Source: Thermococcus sp. JdFR-02
Lineage (GTDB): Archaea > Methanobacteriota_B > Thermococci > Thermococcales > Thermococcaceae
DNA length: 50,306 nucleotides
Reading direction: 5' to 3'
Assembly: GCA_002009975.1 (NCBI GenBank)
Contig: MTLP01000005.1
Coordinates: 1 to 50,306 of the forward strand
Every line of letters starts with the position of its first letter. Position 1 is the first letter of the stretch. The notes beneath the pieces are model-generated. The model had not been told where the DNA came from, ran no database searches, and was given only the letters and a program-made list of their open reading frames with translations. The translations under genes and the position numbers were made by a program. Below are positions 10,942 through 20,463 of this stretch, in pieces.

Positions 10942-11490
10942 ATGAAGGAAGAACTGATAAGACTGATCTTTAAAGAAGGTTGTATAAGGTTCGGTCATTT
11001 TGTCTTGACTTCTGGAAAGGAAAGTAACTATTACATTGACATCAAAAAGCTCATAACTAATCCCAGAGCATTAAAGTTGATTGCTAAGCTCATTAAAGAA
11101 AAGACTCAAGAGATGAATCTTGAATTTGATAAAGTGGCTGGTCCAGAGCTTGGAGCAGTGCCGATAGCTACAGCTTTATCTTTAGAGACTGAAAAACCGC
11201 TATTAATTGTGCGCAAGAAAAAGAAGGATTATGGAACCGGAAAGCAAATAGAGGGAGAGGTCAGAGAAGGAGACATGGTTATTCTTGTAGAGGATGTAAC
11301 AACAACTGGTGGAAGTGTCCTGAGGGCAGCAAAAGTTATTGAAAGCGAAGGTGCAAAAGTAAAGGCTATCTTTGTTGTGGTTGATAGGGAGGAGGGTGCA
11401 AGAGAGAGTTTGAAAAAAGAAGGATACCGTCTAATTCCATTAGTAACTGTTGGAGAATTATTTAAATATAAAGAAAAACTGGGCGGATAG
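10942..11490 (+). CDS. pyrE: Orotate phosphoribosyltransferase
   Basis: [16 protein letters not shown]; PRPP-binding motif [11 protein letters not shown]. Confidence 0.95.
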   Translation: MKEELIRLIFKEGCIRFGHFVLTSGKESNYYIDIKKLITNPRALKLIAKLIKEKTQEMNLEFDKVAGPELGAVPIATALSLETEKPLLIVRKKKKDYGTGKQIEGEVREGDMVILVEDVTTTGGSVLRAAKVIESEGAKVKAIFVVVDREEGARESLKKEGYRLIPLVTVGELFKYKEKLGG

Positions 11491-11498
11491 AGGAGAAA

Positions 11499-11708
11499 TT
11501 AAAGATAGCTGTTCAAATTTTTAGCTTTAACCATTATTGAAGCCTTTTCTTTACCATAGAATACTTCTACCAATCCATCAGATTCTAACTTTTTTAACAG
11601 AAGCATTAGAGAGGGCATTGAAACATCGAAGGTCATGGAGAGTTTTTGTAAGGATGTGTCCCCATTTTTAGATAAAAACTTGTAAAGCACTTCGGGGGAA
11701 ACTTGCAT
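11499..11708 (-). CDS. Small winged-helix protein
   Basis: 69 aa with the wHTH pattern SLQKLSMTFDVS..LKKLESDGLVEV. Confidence 0.55.
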   Translation of the reverse strand: MQVSPEVLYKFLSKNGDTSLQKLSMTFDVSMPSLMLLLKKLESDGLVEVFYGKEKASIMVKAKNLNSYL

Positions 11709-11845
11709 AAGGTACACCAAATCTATATTCTCATTGAATATTAATAAGCATTGCTGAATAGGTATTGGCATAATGTCAAATTTTCTGCTTTATTATACAG
11801 TAATGTTCCATAGAATTTATAAGCAGAGCTCTTGAATGAAAACTT

Positions 11846-13099
11846 ATGAAGGTACAGATTGAGAAATATGACGACAATGGATTTGGGATAGCCAAAATAG
11901 GTAAAAAGGAGGTTAGTGTTCCATTCACCTCTGTTGGAGATGTTGTCGAAATTAGGAAGTGGGGACGAGAAAAGAGGAGAATTGTGGCTAAAGATTTTGA
12001 AATTATTGAATATTCTCCCCATAGGGTTCAACCGAGATGCGCTTATTTTGGAAAATGTGGGGGCTGTTTATGGCAACATATTCCCTACAAAGAGCAGATT
12101 AAAATAAAGGAGGAAAAACTCAGCAAGTTATTGGATTTAGAGATAGGAGTTTTGCCTTCTCCAAAAACCTATGGACATAGGAATAGGATAGATGTTGCTG
12201 TAACAACTCAAGGCATAGGATTTAGGGAGAGAGGTAAATGGTGGAAGACTGTTGATATTGAGAAGTGTGAAGTATTTGGAGACAAAAGTGAGCTTTCACT
12301 AAAAAGGCTACGTGAATTTATGGAAGATTTCAACCTTAAGCCGTGGGATTTAAGAAAAGGAGAGGGATTTTTGAGGTATATAGTTTTAAGAGAAGGGAAG
12401 TTCACCGGTGAGTTGATGGTTAATCTAGTTACTTACGAAGGAACTTTGCCAGAGGAAGTTGAGAATTATTTTAATTTTGCTGATTCTTTGTATTGGAGCA
12501 TTAACGCAACAAAAAGTGATGTTTCTTATGGCGACCCAAAGAAGTTTTGGGGAAGTGAGTTCATAACTGAAATGCTTGATGATGTAGTCTATCTTATCCA
12601 TCCCAACAGTTTTTTCCAGACTAATTCTTATCAGGCTGTGAATTTGGTGAAAATGGTCTCTAAATTTGTTGAGGGTGAAAGGATTTTGGATCTTTATGCA
12701 GGTGTGGGAACTTTTGGAATTTACTTGGCAAAACGCGAGTTTAAAGTAGAAGGCATTGAAATCAACCCATTTGCAGTGGAAATAGCCAATAAAAACGTCG
12801 AAATGAATAAAGTGGAGGCTATTTTTAGAGTGGGTGAAGATAAGGATGTTGAAAGCTTGAAGGACTATGATACAGTAATAGTTGACCCACCAAGAGGTGG
12901 TTTGCATCCAAAACTCATAAAGAAAATTCTTAGGGATAAGCCGTCTAATATTGTCTATGTCTCATGCAATCCCAAAACATTAAAAGACAACCTGAATATC
13001 TTAAAGCAACAATATAAAATCGATGCAGTGGTAGGATTAGATATGTTTCCCCACACGCCTCATATTGAATCGGTTGTTAAATTAACTCTTAAAGTTTGA
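11846..13099 (+). CDS. RumA/TrmA-family RNA (uracil-5)-methyltransferase
   Basis: CAYFGKCGGC Fe-S motif, SFFQTN, DLYAGVG, VDPPRGG, YVSCNP, DMFPHTPHIE. tRNA versus 23S specificity cannot be determined here. Confidence 0.9.
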   Translation: MKVQIEKYDDNGFGIAKIGKKEVSVPFTSVGDVVEIRKWGREKRRIVAKDFEIIEYSPHRVQPRCAYFGKCGGCLWQHIPYKEQIKIKEEKLSKLLDLEIGVLPSPKTYGHRNRIDVAVTTQGIGFRERGKWWKTVDIEKCEVFGDKSELSLKRLREFMEDFNLKPWDLRKGEGFLRYIVLREGKFTGELMVNLVTYEGTLPEEVENYFNFADSLYWSINATKSDVSYGDPKKFWGSEFITEMLDDVVYLIHPNSFFQTNSYQAVNLVKMVSKFVEGERILDLYAGVGTFGIYLAKREFKVEGIEINPFAVEIANKNVEMNKVEAIFRVGEDKDVESLKDYDTVIVDPPRGGLHPKLIKKILRDKPSNIVYVSCNPKTLKDNLNILKQQYKIDAVVGLDMFPHTPHIESVVKLTLKV

Positions 13100-13165
13100 G
13101 TCATAAACCAAAAAGTTCAAAAACTTAATATATTAGATTTACAAAGTTTTGGATGAGGTGAAAAA

Positions 13166-13594
13166 ATGACAGTGGATGAGAGGGATAGGATAATAATCGA
13201 CATTTTGGCTAAGGATTCAAGGACTCCATTTACAGAAATTGCAAAGGTCTTAGGGATAAGTGAAACAGCGGTTAGAAAGAGGATTAAATCCCTAGAGGAA
13301 AGGGGAGTAATAAAGAAGTACACAGTTGAAATTGAACCGTCAAAATTGGGCTATGGGTTAGTTTCAATAACGGGTGTTGATACATTACCAGAGAAAATAT
13401 TCGAGGTCGCTGAGGAGCTTAAGAAGTACGAATTCGTGAAGAGTCTATATCTAACGAGCGGGGATCACATGATAATGGCAGAAGTATGGGCAAAGGATGG
13501 AGAGGACTTAGCAGACATAATTTCGAATAAAATAGGCAAAATTGATGGGGTAACTAAGGTCTGTCCGGCAATAATACTTGAACGGTTGAAATGA
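13166..13594 (+). CDS. lrpA: Lrp/AsnC transcriptional regulator LrpA
   Basis: Closely resembles Pyrococcus LrpA ([20 protein letters not shown]; GDHMIMA; KVCPAIILE). Confidence 0.9.
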   Translation: MTVDERDRIIIDILAKDSRTPFTEIAKVLGISETAVRKRIKSLEERGVIKKYTVEIEPSKLGYGLVSITGVDTLPEKIFEVAEELKKYEFVKSLYLTSGDHMIMAEVWAKDGEDLADIISNKIGKIDGVTKVCPAIILERLK

Positions 13595-13705
13595 TCAATT
13601 TTGAGAAAACGGTAATTAAGCTAAGAAAGGTTATTTTGGAGTTTCGTGTTTTGTTTAAAACAGCGAAAGCTTTAAATTTACCCCTCCTTCTAATTATCTA
13701 ATGAT

Positions 13706-13783
13706 GCGGTGGTAGTCTAGTCTGGTCTAGGACAGCGGCCTCCCGAGCCGCTGACCCGGGTTCAAATCCCGGCCACCGCACCA
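13706..13783 (+). tRNA. tRNA-Gly(CCC)
   Basis: Cloverleaf; anticodon arm GCGGC-CTCCCGA-GCCGC; GGTTCAAATCC; encoded CCA. Confidence 0.95.
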
Positions 13784-13841
13784 AATTTTCTATTAAACCA
13801 AAGTATGCTACTTCTATGGGCTGATTAAGGGGTGGGAGAGT

Positions 13842-14933
13842 ATGGACGACATGATTAAAGCTGCAAAGGAGTTCTATGAAGATGAATACAGCGATTCAGC
13901 ACTTTATGCTCAGCTGGCAAAATATGAGAAGAATGAGGAGCTAAAAAGGGAATTCTTAAGGCTTGCAAATATTGAATCTGCCCATGCTAAATTTTGGCAC
14001 GATTTTTTGATAAAAAGAAATGCTAAGCCCCCAAAAGCTAAAATTAGCAAATTTAAGATTAATATAGTTAAGCTCTTGAGAAAAGCATTAGGTCCTGGAG
14101 CAGTTGCATCTCTTTTAGAGATGGGTGAAAACTCTGCTATTCAAAAATATTACAGCTTTTTAAGCTCTTATAGGTTGAGTGAGGATGAAAAAGCTGAGCT
14201 GGCAAAGGTTATTGTTGATGAGCTTGAGCATGAACGATTTTTCTATGAGAGCAAAAAGAAGTTTCACGTTGAAAACGTTAGGGATTTAGTTTTGGGAATG
14301 AATGATGGTTTGGTAGAAATTTTAGGAGCAGTTACTGGTTTATCTGCCGTCTATGTGAATAACCCCTTTTTAGTTGGTGTTAGTGGTTTAATTGTTGGTG
14401 TTGCTGGTGCCCTTTCAATGGGAATTGGAGCTTTTATTTCGGTTCGCTCTCAAAGACAGGTAAATGAAGGAATTAGGCAAAGATTGGAGATACTCTTTAG
14501 TGTTTCTCCAGAAAAGGCAAAGGAGGAGCTTTTGAATAAGCTGAGTGACTATGGGCTACCTCTGGAAGTTGCACAAGAAATAGCTGAAAAGCTCTCAAAA
14601 GGTAAGAAGACACTAATAAAGATGTTGATTGAAGAGAGTGAAGAGAATGAAATACGCTCTGCCCTCTACACTGGATTAGCCTATCTATTGGGTGTTTTCT
14701 TCCCAGTTGTGCCATACTTCTTTGCAGGCTCTTCTTTAACTGCACTGCCCTTTTCAATACTTTTTGCTGGAAGTGTTTTAGCTATAGTTGCCACGATTGT
14801 TTCAATACTCTCAGGGATTTCAATAAGACAGAAAGTCTTTGAAATGGTGACTACTGGGCTAGGAGCGGCTTTCTTGTCATACATGTTTGGAAGGCTAATG
14901 GAATCTTTCTTTGGAGCTTCATTTGGTCTTTAA
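13842..14933 (+). CDS. Ferritin/rubrerythrin-like domain fused to a VIT1/CCC1 metal transporter
   Basis: ExxH motifs (IESAH, ELEHE), then RDLVLGMNDGLVE and AGALSMGIG. Confidence 0.85.
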   Translation: MDDMIKAAKEFYEDEYSDSALYAQLAKYEKNEELKREFLRLANIESAHAKFWHDFLIKRNAKPPKAKISKFKINIVKLLRKALGPGAVASLLEMGENSAIQKYYSFLSSYRLSEDEKAELAKVIVDELEHERFFYESKKKFHVENVRDLVLGMNDGLVEILGAVTGLSAVYVNNPFLVGVSGLIVGVAGALSMGIGAFISVRSQRQVNEGIRQRLEILFSVSPEKAKEELLNKLSDYGLPLEVAQEIAEKLSKGKKTLIKMLIEESEENEIRSALYTGLAYLLGVFFPVVPYFFAGSSLTALPFSILFAGSVLAIVATIVSILSGISIRQKVFEMVTTGLGAAFLSYMFGRLMESFFGASFGL

Positions 14934-14935
14934 TT

Positions 14936-16066
14936 TTAACTTTTTGTGTAAACCCATTTCAATAGGGGTGGGGTGATTAGAGTTGTTATAATTACCATAA
15001 AGACGGCTATGGTAAGCATATCTTGACTCGCAACTCCACTTCTTATTGCTATGGAAAGCATTGCTAACTCTACACCCAGTCTTGGTATCATTCCTACTCC
15101 TATCCTAATAGCCTCCTTTGGAGTAAACTTTGCCAAGTAAGCTCCCAAACCACAGCCAAAAATCTTGCTTATTATCGCTATTATTGTATAAACAACGGCG
15201 AAAGCGCTTGCTTTTAAAAAGTATCCGAGTTCTATACTCATTCCAACTTCTACAAAAAATATGGGGATAAAAAGGGAATAACCTATAGTGGAAACTTTCT
15301 CAATGATTTGCCTGCCATAGAACGTTTGCCCTAATACCAAGCCAACCATATATGCTCCAAGAATTGAAGCTATGTTTAGTTCTTCTGCTATAAAAGCAAT
15401 TAAAATTGCAGATATCAAGGCAAAACTTGTAACAGTTTCTGGTAAATGTATTCTGCTGACTGTATGGAAGAGTTTATTTGCAACGGGAACACCAAACTTC
15501 AAAAGGATAATTAGGAATAGAGAAACTTCAATTAAAATTTTAAGTATGTTGATCACGTTTACAGTGTGTTCCTTCAATATTGAAATGATTATAGTTAACA
15601 ACAAAATTGCTAGAACATCATCTATTACTGCTGCAGCCAATATGGTTGCTCCTTCTTTTGTTCTAAGACTTCTAAGCTCCATTAAAACCCTAACAGTGAT
15701 GCTAACGCTTGTTGGAGTCATTATTGCTCCAAATAGAAGAGCCTCTCCATAGGAGTAATGGAAGGGCAAAGCAATTAAAAATCCAAAAATGAATGCTATA
15801 AAGACTCCAATGGTAGCAACTAAGACACCTGGGACTCCAACGCTTCTAAACTCTTCAATATCGCTTTCAAGACCTGCTAAGAATAGCAAAAGCAAAACAC
15901 CCATAATGGAAAAAGCCTGAATTATCTCATCACTTTTAAGATAAAGCCCAATTAAAATGCCTCCCAATATCTGTCCCAACACGGTTGGTTGCTTTAATTT
16001 GTCAAATATCCAGCCCCCAATTTTTGCCGTTGCAAGCATTATTGCTATAATGAGCAGATCTTCCAT
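14936..16066 (-). CDS. Cation:proton antiporter (NapA/CPA2)
   Basis: LFLAGLE, TSVSIT, AAVIDD, GMIPR. Confidence 0.9.
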   Translation of the reverse strand: MEDLLIIAIMLATAKIGGWIFDKLKQPTVLGQILGGILIGLYLKSDEIIQAFSIMGVLLLLFLAGLESDIEEFRSVGVPGVLVATIGVFIAFIFGFLIALPFHYSYGEALLFGAIMTPTSVSITVRVLMELRSLRTKEGATILAAAVIDDVLAILLLTIIISILKEHTVNVINILKILIEVSLFLIILLKFGVPVANKLFHTVSRIHLPETVTSFALISAILIAFIAEELNIASILGAYMVGLVLGQTFYGRQIIEKVSTIGYSLFIPIFFVEVGMSIELGYFLKASAFAVVYTIIAIISKIFGCGLGAYLAKFTPKEAIRIGVGMIPRLGVELAMLSIAIRSGVASQDMLTIAVFMVIITTLITPPLLKWVYTKS

Positions 16067-16067
16067 T

Positions 16068-17216
16068 TTACTCCCTCGAAAATGCCCATTTTAAGAGCGG
16101 AGGAGTTAGGATAGTTGTCACTATCACCATAGCCACAGAAACTGAAAAAACTCCTCTATCAAATACTCCCTCAGTTAGGGCTATATTTGCCATAATTAAT
16201 GCAACTTCCATTCTTGGTATCATTCCTATTCCAACTCTCAGAGCTTCTTTCAAATTAAACCTAGATAACATTGCACCCGCACCACATCCTACGATCTTTC
16301 CAATAATTGCTATCATAGAATAAATTATGGCAAACTTTCCGGCATGGCTAAATATTCTAATATCGCTGTTGACTCCGATTCCAACTAAGAATACTGGAAT
16401 AAAGAGGGAATAGGCAATCGTTATCATTTTATCGCTAATTCTCCTTGCTTCATCAGTTTGTCCTAAAATTAATCCTGCTAAAAATGCTCCAGTAATTGCT
16501 GCAATTCTAACCTCTTCTGCTAGATATGCAAATATCAAAACAATTGCAAAGGCAAAGCTCGGAACTGCCTCAGGCAGAACAACATTAATTCTATTTGAAA
16601 GCTTCATAAGGCGTTTTACAAGAGGTACCCCAATAAAGATGCTAAATACAAAGAAGGAGATAACCTCAATGAATAAGGTGGCAATCTCCCTAATGCTAAT
16701 ACTCCCTGTTCTGTTCAAAGCGACAAAGACCGTTAACAACAAAATTGCTAAAACATCATCCACAACAGCAGCAGCTAAAATGGCAGTTCCCTCTTTTCCT
16801 CTAAGCTTCTTCATTTCCATTAAGATGCTTGCAGTTAAACCAACACTTGTTGCAGTTAAAACACCACCTAAGAAGAGTGCTTGGGTTTTGGGATACCCAA
16901 AAGCTATCGCAATCCAGTATCCTAAAATAAAGGGAACTATTACACCACCTCCAGCTATTAAGAAAGCTGGGACTCCAACTCTCTTGAATTCATCCAAATC
17001 TGTTTCAAGTCCAGCCAAGAAAAGCAACAAAACGACACCAAGGGAGCTTACGAGTTCTATGGCTTCATTGAACTCAACAAGACTTAAAAGAGAGGGACCA
17101 ATTACAATTCCTCCAATAATTTCACCCAATGCTGAAGGTTGCTTTAATTTTGTAAACAAAAAACCAAAGGTCTTTGATACCAATAACATTAGCGCTATAG
17201 TTATGAAGATATCCAT
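16068..17216 (-). CDS. Cation:proton antiporter (NapA/CPA2), tandem paralogue
   Basis: LFLAGLE, ATSVG, AAVVDD, GMIPRMEV. Confidence 0.9.
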   Translation of the reverse strand: MDIFITIALMLLVSKTFGFLFTKLKQPSALGEIIGGIVIGPSLLSLVEFNEAIELVSSLGVVLLLFLAGLETDLDEFKRVGVPAFLIAGGGVIVPFILGYWIAIAFGYPKTQALFLGGVLTATSVGLTASILMEMKKLRGKEGTAILAAAVVDDVLAILLLTVFVALNRTGSISIREIATLFIEVISFFVFSIFIGVPLVKRLMKLSNRINVVLPEAVPSFAFAIVLIFAYLAEEVRIAAITGAFLAGLILGQTDEARRISDKMITIAYSLFIPVFLVGIGVNSDIRIFSHAGKFAIIYSMIAIIGKIVGCGAGAMLSRFNLKEALRVGIGMIPRMEVALIMANIALTEGVFDRGVFSVSVAMVIVTTILTPPLLKWAFSRE

Positions 17217-17266
17217 GCTCCCACCCCTTAATGTTTAAAGAGCTTTTGACCACTCTAAGCACCAGT

Positions 17267-17827
17267 CTAGGTGCTTACTATCCTAATAAGCCTGATAATA
17301 TCCTTAACTTCCAAAACTCCGTGAACTCTCTTGTTATTATCAATTACAGGCAAATGATGCTTTCCAGTTTCGATCATGACCTTTATGGCATGACCTAGAT
17401 TATCATCTATGTGAATCGTTATGGGTTTGGTGGTCATAACATCTCTAATTCTCGTTGCCCTGCTAACCCGATATTTCTTCAGTAAACCTAAACCAACGAC
17501 TCTATAACGCTGAAGAGGCTCAAAAAACTTTAGTAAATCTTTGACTGTTATGAAACCTAATAATTTGCCCTCTGAATCCAGAACAATTGCAGAAGTTTCT
17601 TCTCCTCTTAATTGTTCTATAAGTGTGACAATAGAATCTTCTGGATGAACAGTTAAAAATTCCCTATCCATAACAAGTTTTACCGGAACTTTTGATATGT
17701 ATTTAATATTGTGGCTTAATTCTTGTTTTCTCTGCATTTGTAAGTGTCTTCGTTTACCAACTATAATATGCATCTTTTTTCTCTTGCTCTTCTCAGATCT
17801 GCTTAGATTAAGGGCATCTTCAACCAA
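17267..17827 (-). CDS. CBS-domain protein
   Basis: Two CBS repeats (GKLLGFITVKDL; HLPVID..VHGVLEVKDI). Start uncertain. Confidence 0.85.
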   Translation of the reverse strand: MVEDALNLSRSEKSKRKKMHIIVGKRRHLQMQRKQELSHNIKYISKVPVKLVMDREFLTVHPEDSIVTLIEQLRGEETSAIVLDSEGKLLGFITVKDLLKFFEPLQRYRVVGLGLLKKYRVSRATRIRDVMTTKPITIHIDDNLGHAIKVMIETGKHHLPVIDNNKRVHGVLEVKDIIRLIRIVST

Positions 17828-17924
17828 CCTTGCTCCCCAGCATTAAATATGCAAAGTTAATGCGTTTAAAGATTTCGATAGAAATTTTTCTTGCATAAAG
17901 TGTTGCAGAAGAGCTTTGTTAATT

Positions 17925-17975
17925 TTTTGGTGGTCCCGCGGCCCGGATTTGAACCGGGGACCTGCGGATCTACAG
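17925..17975. repeat. att site, left copy (3' half of tRNA-Tyr)
   Basis: TTTTGGTGGTCCCGCGGCCCGGATTTGAACCGGGGACCTGCGGATCTACAG, identical to 26457-26507. Confidence 0.97.
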
Positions 17976-18917
17976 AGCACAAATTCTCCAAACAAAGGTG
18001 ACAAACTCACTTACACACCAGTCAGAGAACAATTTATCCGGTATCTCGCTAACAGACTCAGTAAAAGTACTGCTGACGACTACATTAAGTACTTGGACAA
18101 ATACTTTGGTGATGCTGTCGTCAGGAGTCCAGAAGAATTGAAGCAACTCCTCGCCAAAGCAGATAATGGGAAACCTGGAAGGTGGAATTGGTTGATTAAT
18201 GCAATTCGTGTTTTGATACGCTTTCACTTGGAGACTGGAAGAATTACTCAGGATTTTGCATTCCAACTGAAGCGGGTCTTGAAAGAAAGACCAGAAGGTG
18301 TAGATGTGCGGTTGCCTAGCGACGAAGAAGTTAGACAAGCTCTTTCCAAAGTTGAAGACGAGAGGATGCTGGTTGTCGGGTTGCTCTGTTTGTTTGGTGG
18401 TATCAGAGTAAAAGAAGCTATCAAACTAGTCAATGAGTTTGACAGGAGCAAGCTTCACATAGAAGACGGAATAGCCTACTATGAGTTGGGTTGGAGGAGA
18501 AAGAGCAAGATATCCTACTATGTCTTCATGCCAATTGAGTTAGCGGAAAGGTTAAGGAGATTCAGAGTGACGTATGATGGAGTTGGAGGATACTTTGTTA
18601 AGCGAGGTCTCCCACTGAAATACGCAAGAAAATGGTTCATAAACAAGATGATAGAAAGCGGTGTTCAGGAGAGTGTTGTGAAGTTCATGATAGGTCATAG
18701 CCAAGGTGGTGACATCTTAGCAACCCATTACATCAACCTCTTTCACCAGGCAAGAAAAGCTTACAAAGAGAATGTGGAGAGGCTAAAACAAGCCCTTGAT
18801 TTTCCCACCATTCTTGCCTCTTACAACCAGCACTCAATGACAAAAAACCGTGAAGAAACAAAGGTTACCAGTACTCCAATCCCCTCAAGAACTCTAGTTG
18901 CCTATCAATGTCCCTGA
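17925..18917 (+). CDS. int: Tyrosine integrase, C-terminal fragment Int(C), SSV1/pTN3 type
   Basis: Catalytic set GGIRVKEA (R), RRKSK (K), LKYARK (KxxR), MIGH (H), ATHY (Y); the att is translated in frame as FWWSRGPDLNRGPADLQ. Confidence 0.92.
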   Translation, partial: FWWSRGPDLNRGPADLQSTNSPNKGDKLTYTPVREQFIRYLANRLSKSTADDYIKYLDKYFGDAVVRSPEELKQLLAKADNGKPGRWNWLINAIRVLIRFHLETGRITQDFAFQLKRVLKERPEGVDVRLPSDEEVRQALSKVEDERMLVVGLLCLFGGIRVKEAIKLVNEFDRSKLHIEDGIAYYELGWRRKSKISYYVFMPIELAERLRRFRVTYDGVGGYFVKRGLPLKYARKWFINKMIESGVQESVVKFMIGHSQGGDILATHYINLFHQARKAYKENVERLKQALDFPTILASYNQHSMTKNREETKVTSTPIPSRTLVAYQCP

Positions 18918-19083
18918 TTTCAGCGTCGATAAATTTTATTTCCTGAATAAGCCTCCTCCTCTCCTCTAGCAGTTTTTGCCTCTGTTTTTCCAGTTTTTCA
19001 ATCTTTCTGAAGTATGCACTGGTCTGGCGGACTTCATCAAGAGCACTTCTGGCAACTTTCCTCCCAAAGAGTAATCTCAACAT
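18865..19083 (-). CDS. Small coiled-coil protein (element)
   Basis: RBS AGGTGG; heptad pattern IEKLEKQRQKLLEERRRLIQEIKFIDAEIRDIDRQLEFL. Confidence 0.65.
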   Translation of the reverse strand: MLRLLFGRKVARSALDEVRQTSAYFRKIEKLEKQRQKLLEERRRLIQEIKFIDAEIRDIDRQLEFLRGLEYW

Positions 19084-19123
19084 CTTGACCACCTAAAAAA
19101 GAAAGTTTCAAGGGGAGAGGAGT

Positions 19124-19444
19124 TCACTGCCTCTGATAATAGCCTGCTCCCCCGAATTGCTGAACGACATTCCACAAGGCGTAGATAATCATTATCAAGA
19201 AGAACAGTAGGATTACTGTTGCTCCTATGCTCATAGCGTTGTTCAAGGGCTGGAAGACTCCACCAAAGACTGGAAGTGTGGTAATGTCTGTGACGTTTAT
19301 GTTGTCCAATGTAACTTTTGCTGTGTATCCTAGGAAGATAAAGGTCAATGACAAAATCCCAATATACATCATAGCACGTCCTGCTATTTCAATGTCGGTA
19401 AAGGCACTGTCTTTACTCAAGAGCCACTTCAAAAACACTATCAC
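19124..19444 (-). CDS. Two-helix hydrophobic protein; candidate capsid/matrix/pilin subunit
   Basis: Strong RBS GGAGGTGGTG; two long hydrophobic helices joined by a polar loop with an N-V-T sequon. Function is inferred. Confidence 0.6.
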   Translation of the reverse strand: MIVFLKWLLSKDSAFTDIEIAGRAMMYIGILSLTFIFLGYTAKVTLDNINVTDITTLPVFGGVFQPLNNAMSIGATVILLFFLIMIIYALWNVVQQFGGAGYYQRQ

Positions 19445-19545
19445 TTTTCACCACCTCCTAAGGTTGTTGTGGTTGTAGGGGGAGGACAGGGACAGAGAAT
19501 TGTCCCCTCCTCCCAATATTCACTAAATTTTCAATCTTTACAGGA

Positions 19546-19742
19546 TTTTTGGACGGTTTTCATAGTGTTTTAGACGGAGAAACACTATCATAGCCCTCTG
19601 TTTCTTGTCATTGTCGTCAGTGTCTAGTCAGAAATCTTAACATTCAGAGTGAAAGTTAAAAGTTCTTACCAGGCTTTTCTTAACTTTCAAACTGATATCT
19701 AGCGAATGTTAAGAAAACAGAGAGCTGAAAACCGTCCAAAAA
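19546..19742. other. Structured non-coding domain 1 (nested inverted repeats)
   Basis: 17-bp perfect closing IR 19546-19562/19726-19742 enclosing several internal stems. Confidence 0.8.
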
Positions 19743-19796
19743 GTTTACTAACAGTAAGTAGGACTTAATATCAGTAAAGGGCGGAGGTGAAACGAG

Positions 19797-19967
19797 ATGG
19801 GGAAGGAAGAAGAAATCAAACGACTTGTAAGGGACTTGAAAACCAACCTCTACAGTATCCGAGCGACAAAGGTGTCAAAGTACTGGAAAGGTGTTGGAAG
19901 GAATGTCGAGGAGGCTATCAACCTTGTTGAGACCTTAGAGAAAGAGTTAGGAGGTGAGAACAAATGA
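19797..19967 (+). CDS. 56-aa hypothetical protein (not in the ORF track)
   Basis: RBS GGAGGTGA; MGKEEEIKRLVRDLKTNLYSIRATKVSKYWKGVGRNVEEAINLVETLEKELGGENK; ATGA overlap with the next gene. Confidence 0.7.
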   Translation: MGKEEEIKRLVRDLKTNLYSIRATKVSKYWKGVGRNVEEAINLVETLEKELGGENK

Positions 19968-20203
19968 AGCCAAGATTACAGTTCGAGAAGTACCTAGGAG
20001 CCAAGGTCAGCATAAAAATGGATGATGGCAATGTGTTTGTTGGCACTCTTGAGAATGAGGATTGGCAATTCTTGCACCTCACTAATTGCAAAGTGAAGAC
20101 ACCCAAAAGCAGAAAATTCACCAGCAGACCTGCTGCAGTGGTGAGAAAGTTGTTCATACAGAACTTGGTTGTCCTTGAAGATTCAAGAGGTGAGGCGAGA
20201 TGA
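19964..20203 (+). CDS. Sm/LSm/Hfq-fold protein A
   Basis: Sm1-like YLGAKVSIKMDDGNVFVGTLENEDWQFLHLTNCKV; Sm2-like AVVRKLFIQNL; RBS GGAGGTGA. Confidence 0.75.
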   Translation: MKPRLQFEKYLGAKVSIKMDDGNVFVGTLENEDWQFLHLTNCKVKTPKSRKFTSRPAAVVRKLFIQNLVVLEDSRGEAR

Positions 20204-20463
20204 GCACTAACTGGGCTGAGTTTAGCCACTTCTGGCGAAAGAAAGTCATTGTCATGGACAGGTCTAAGAAAACCACGTATGTTGGGAAACTTGTTCAGGA
20301 GACCAATCAGTTTATCACACTTAAGGACGCTAAGGTTGTAGTTAACGGCAGGGCGAAGGAGTCAGAATATCTAGCAATTTGGAAAGGAAGAATTGCTGTT
20401 ATTAAGTTGGCAGAACAACAACCAGGAGAAGGTGAGGACAATGCAAACACCAAAAATCCCTAA
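20200..20463 (+). CDS. Sm/LSm/Hfq-fold protein B
   Basis: KKVIVMDRSKKTTYVGKLVQETNQFITLKDAKV; Sm2-like LAIWKGRIAVI; ATGA-coupled to protein A. Confidence 0.65.
   Translation: MSTNWAEFSHFWRKKVIVMDRSKKTTYVGKLVQETNQFITLKDAKVVVNGRAKESEYLAIWKGRIAVIKLAEQQPGEGEDNANTKNP

Noticed and set aside
16639-17238. 199-aa plus-strand ORF, and similar shadows at 8235-8741, 15372-15752 and 22710-23177
   Set aside because: Antisense to well-supported genes; composition mirrors the opposite strand.
14936-17827. Tandem antiporters plus CBS protein as a novel system
   Set aside because: Recognisable housekeeping ion-homeostasis genes outside the att boundary.
17916-17924. TTG start making Int(C) a complete integrase
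   Set aside because: Lies in host DNA outside the att with no RBS; the true start is at 26337 on the circle.
17925-17975. Second tRNA-Tyr gene
   Set aside because: Only the 3' half is present; it is the att duplicate.
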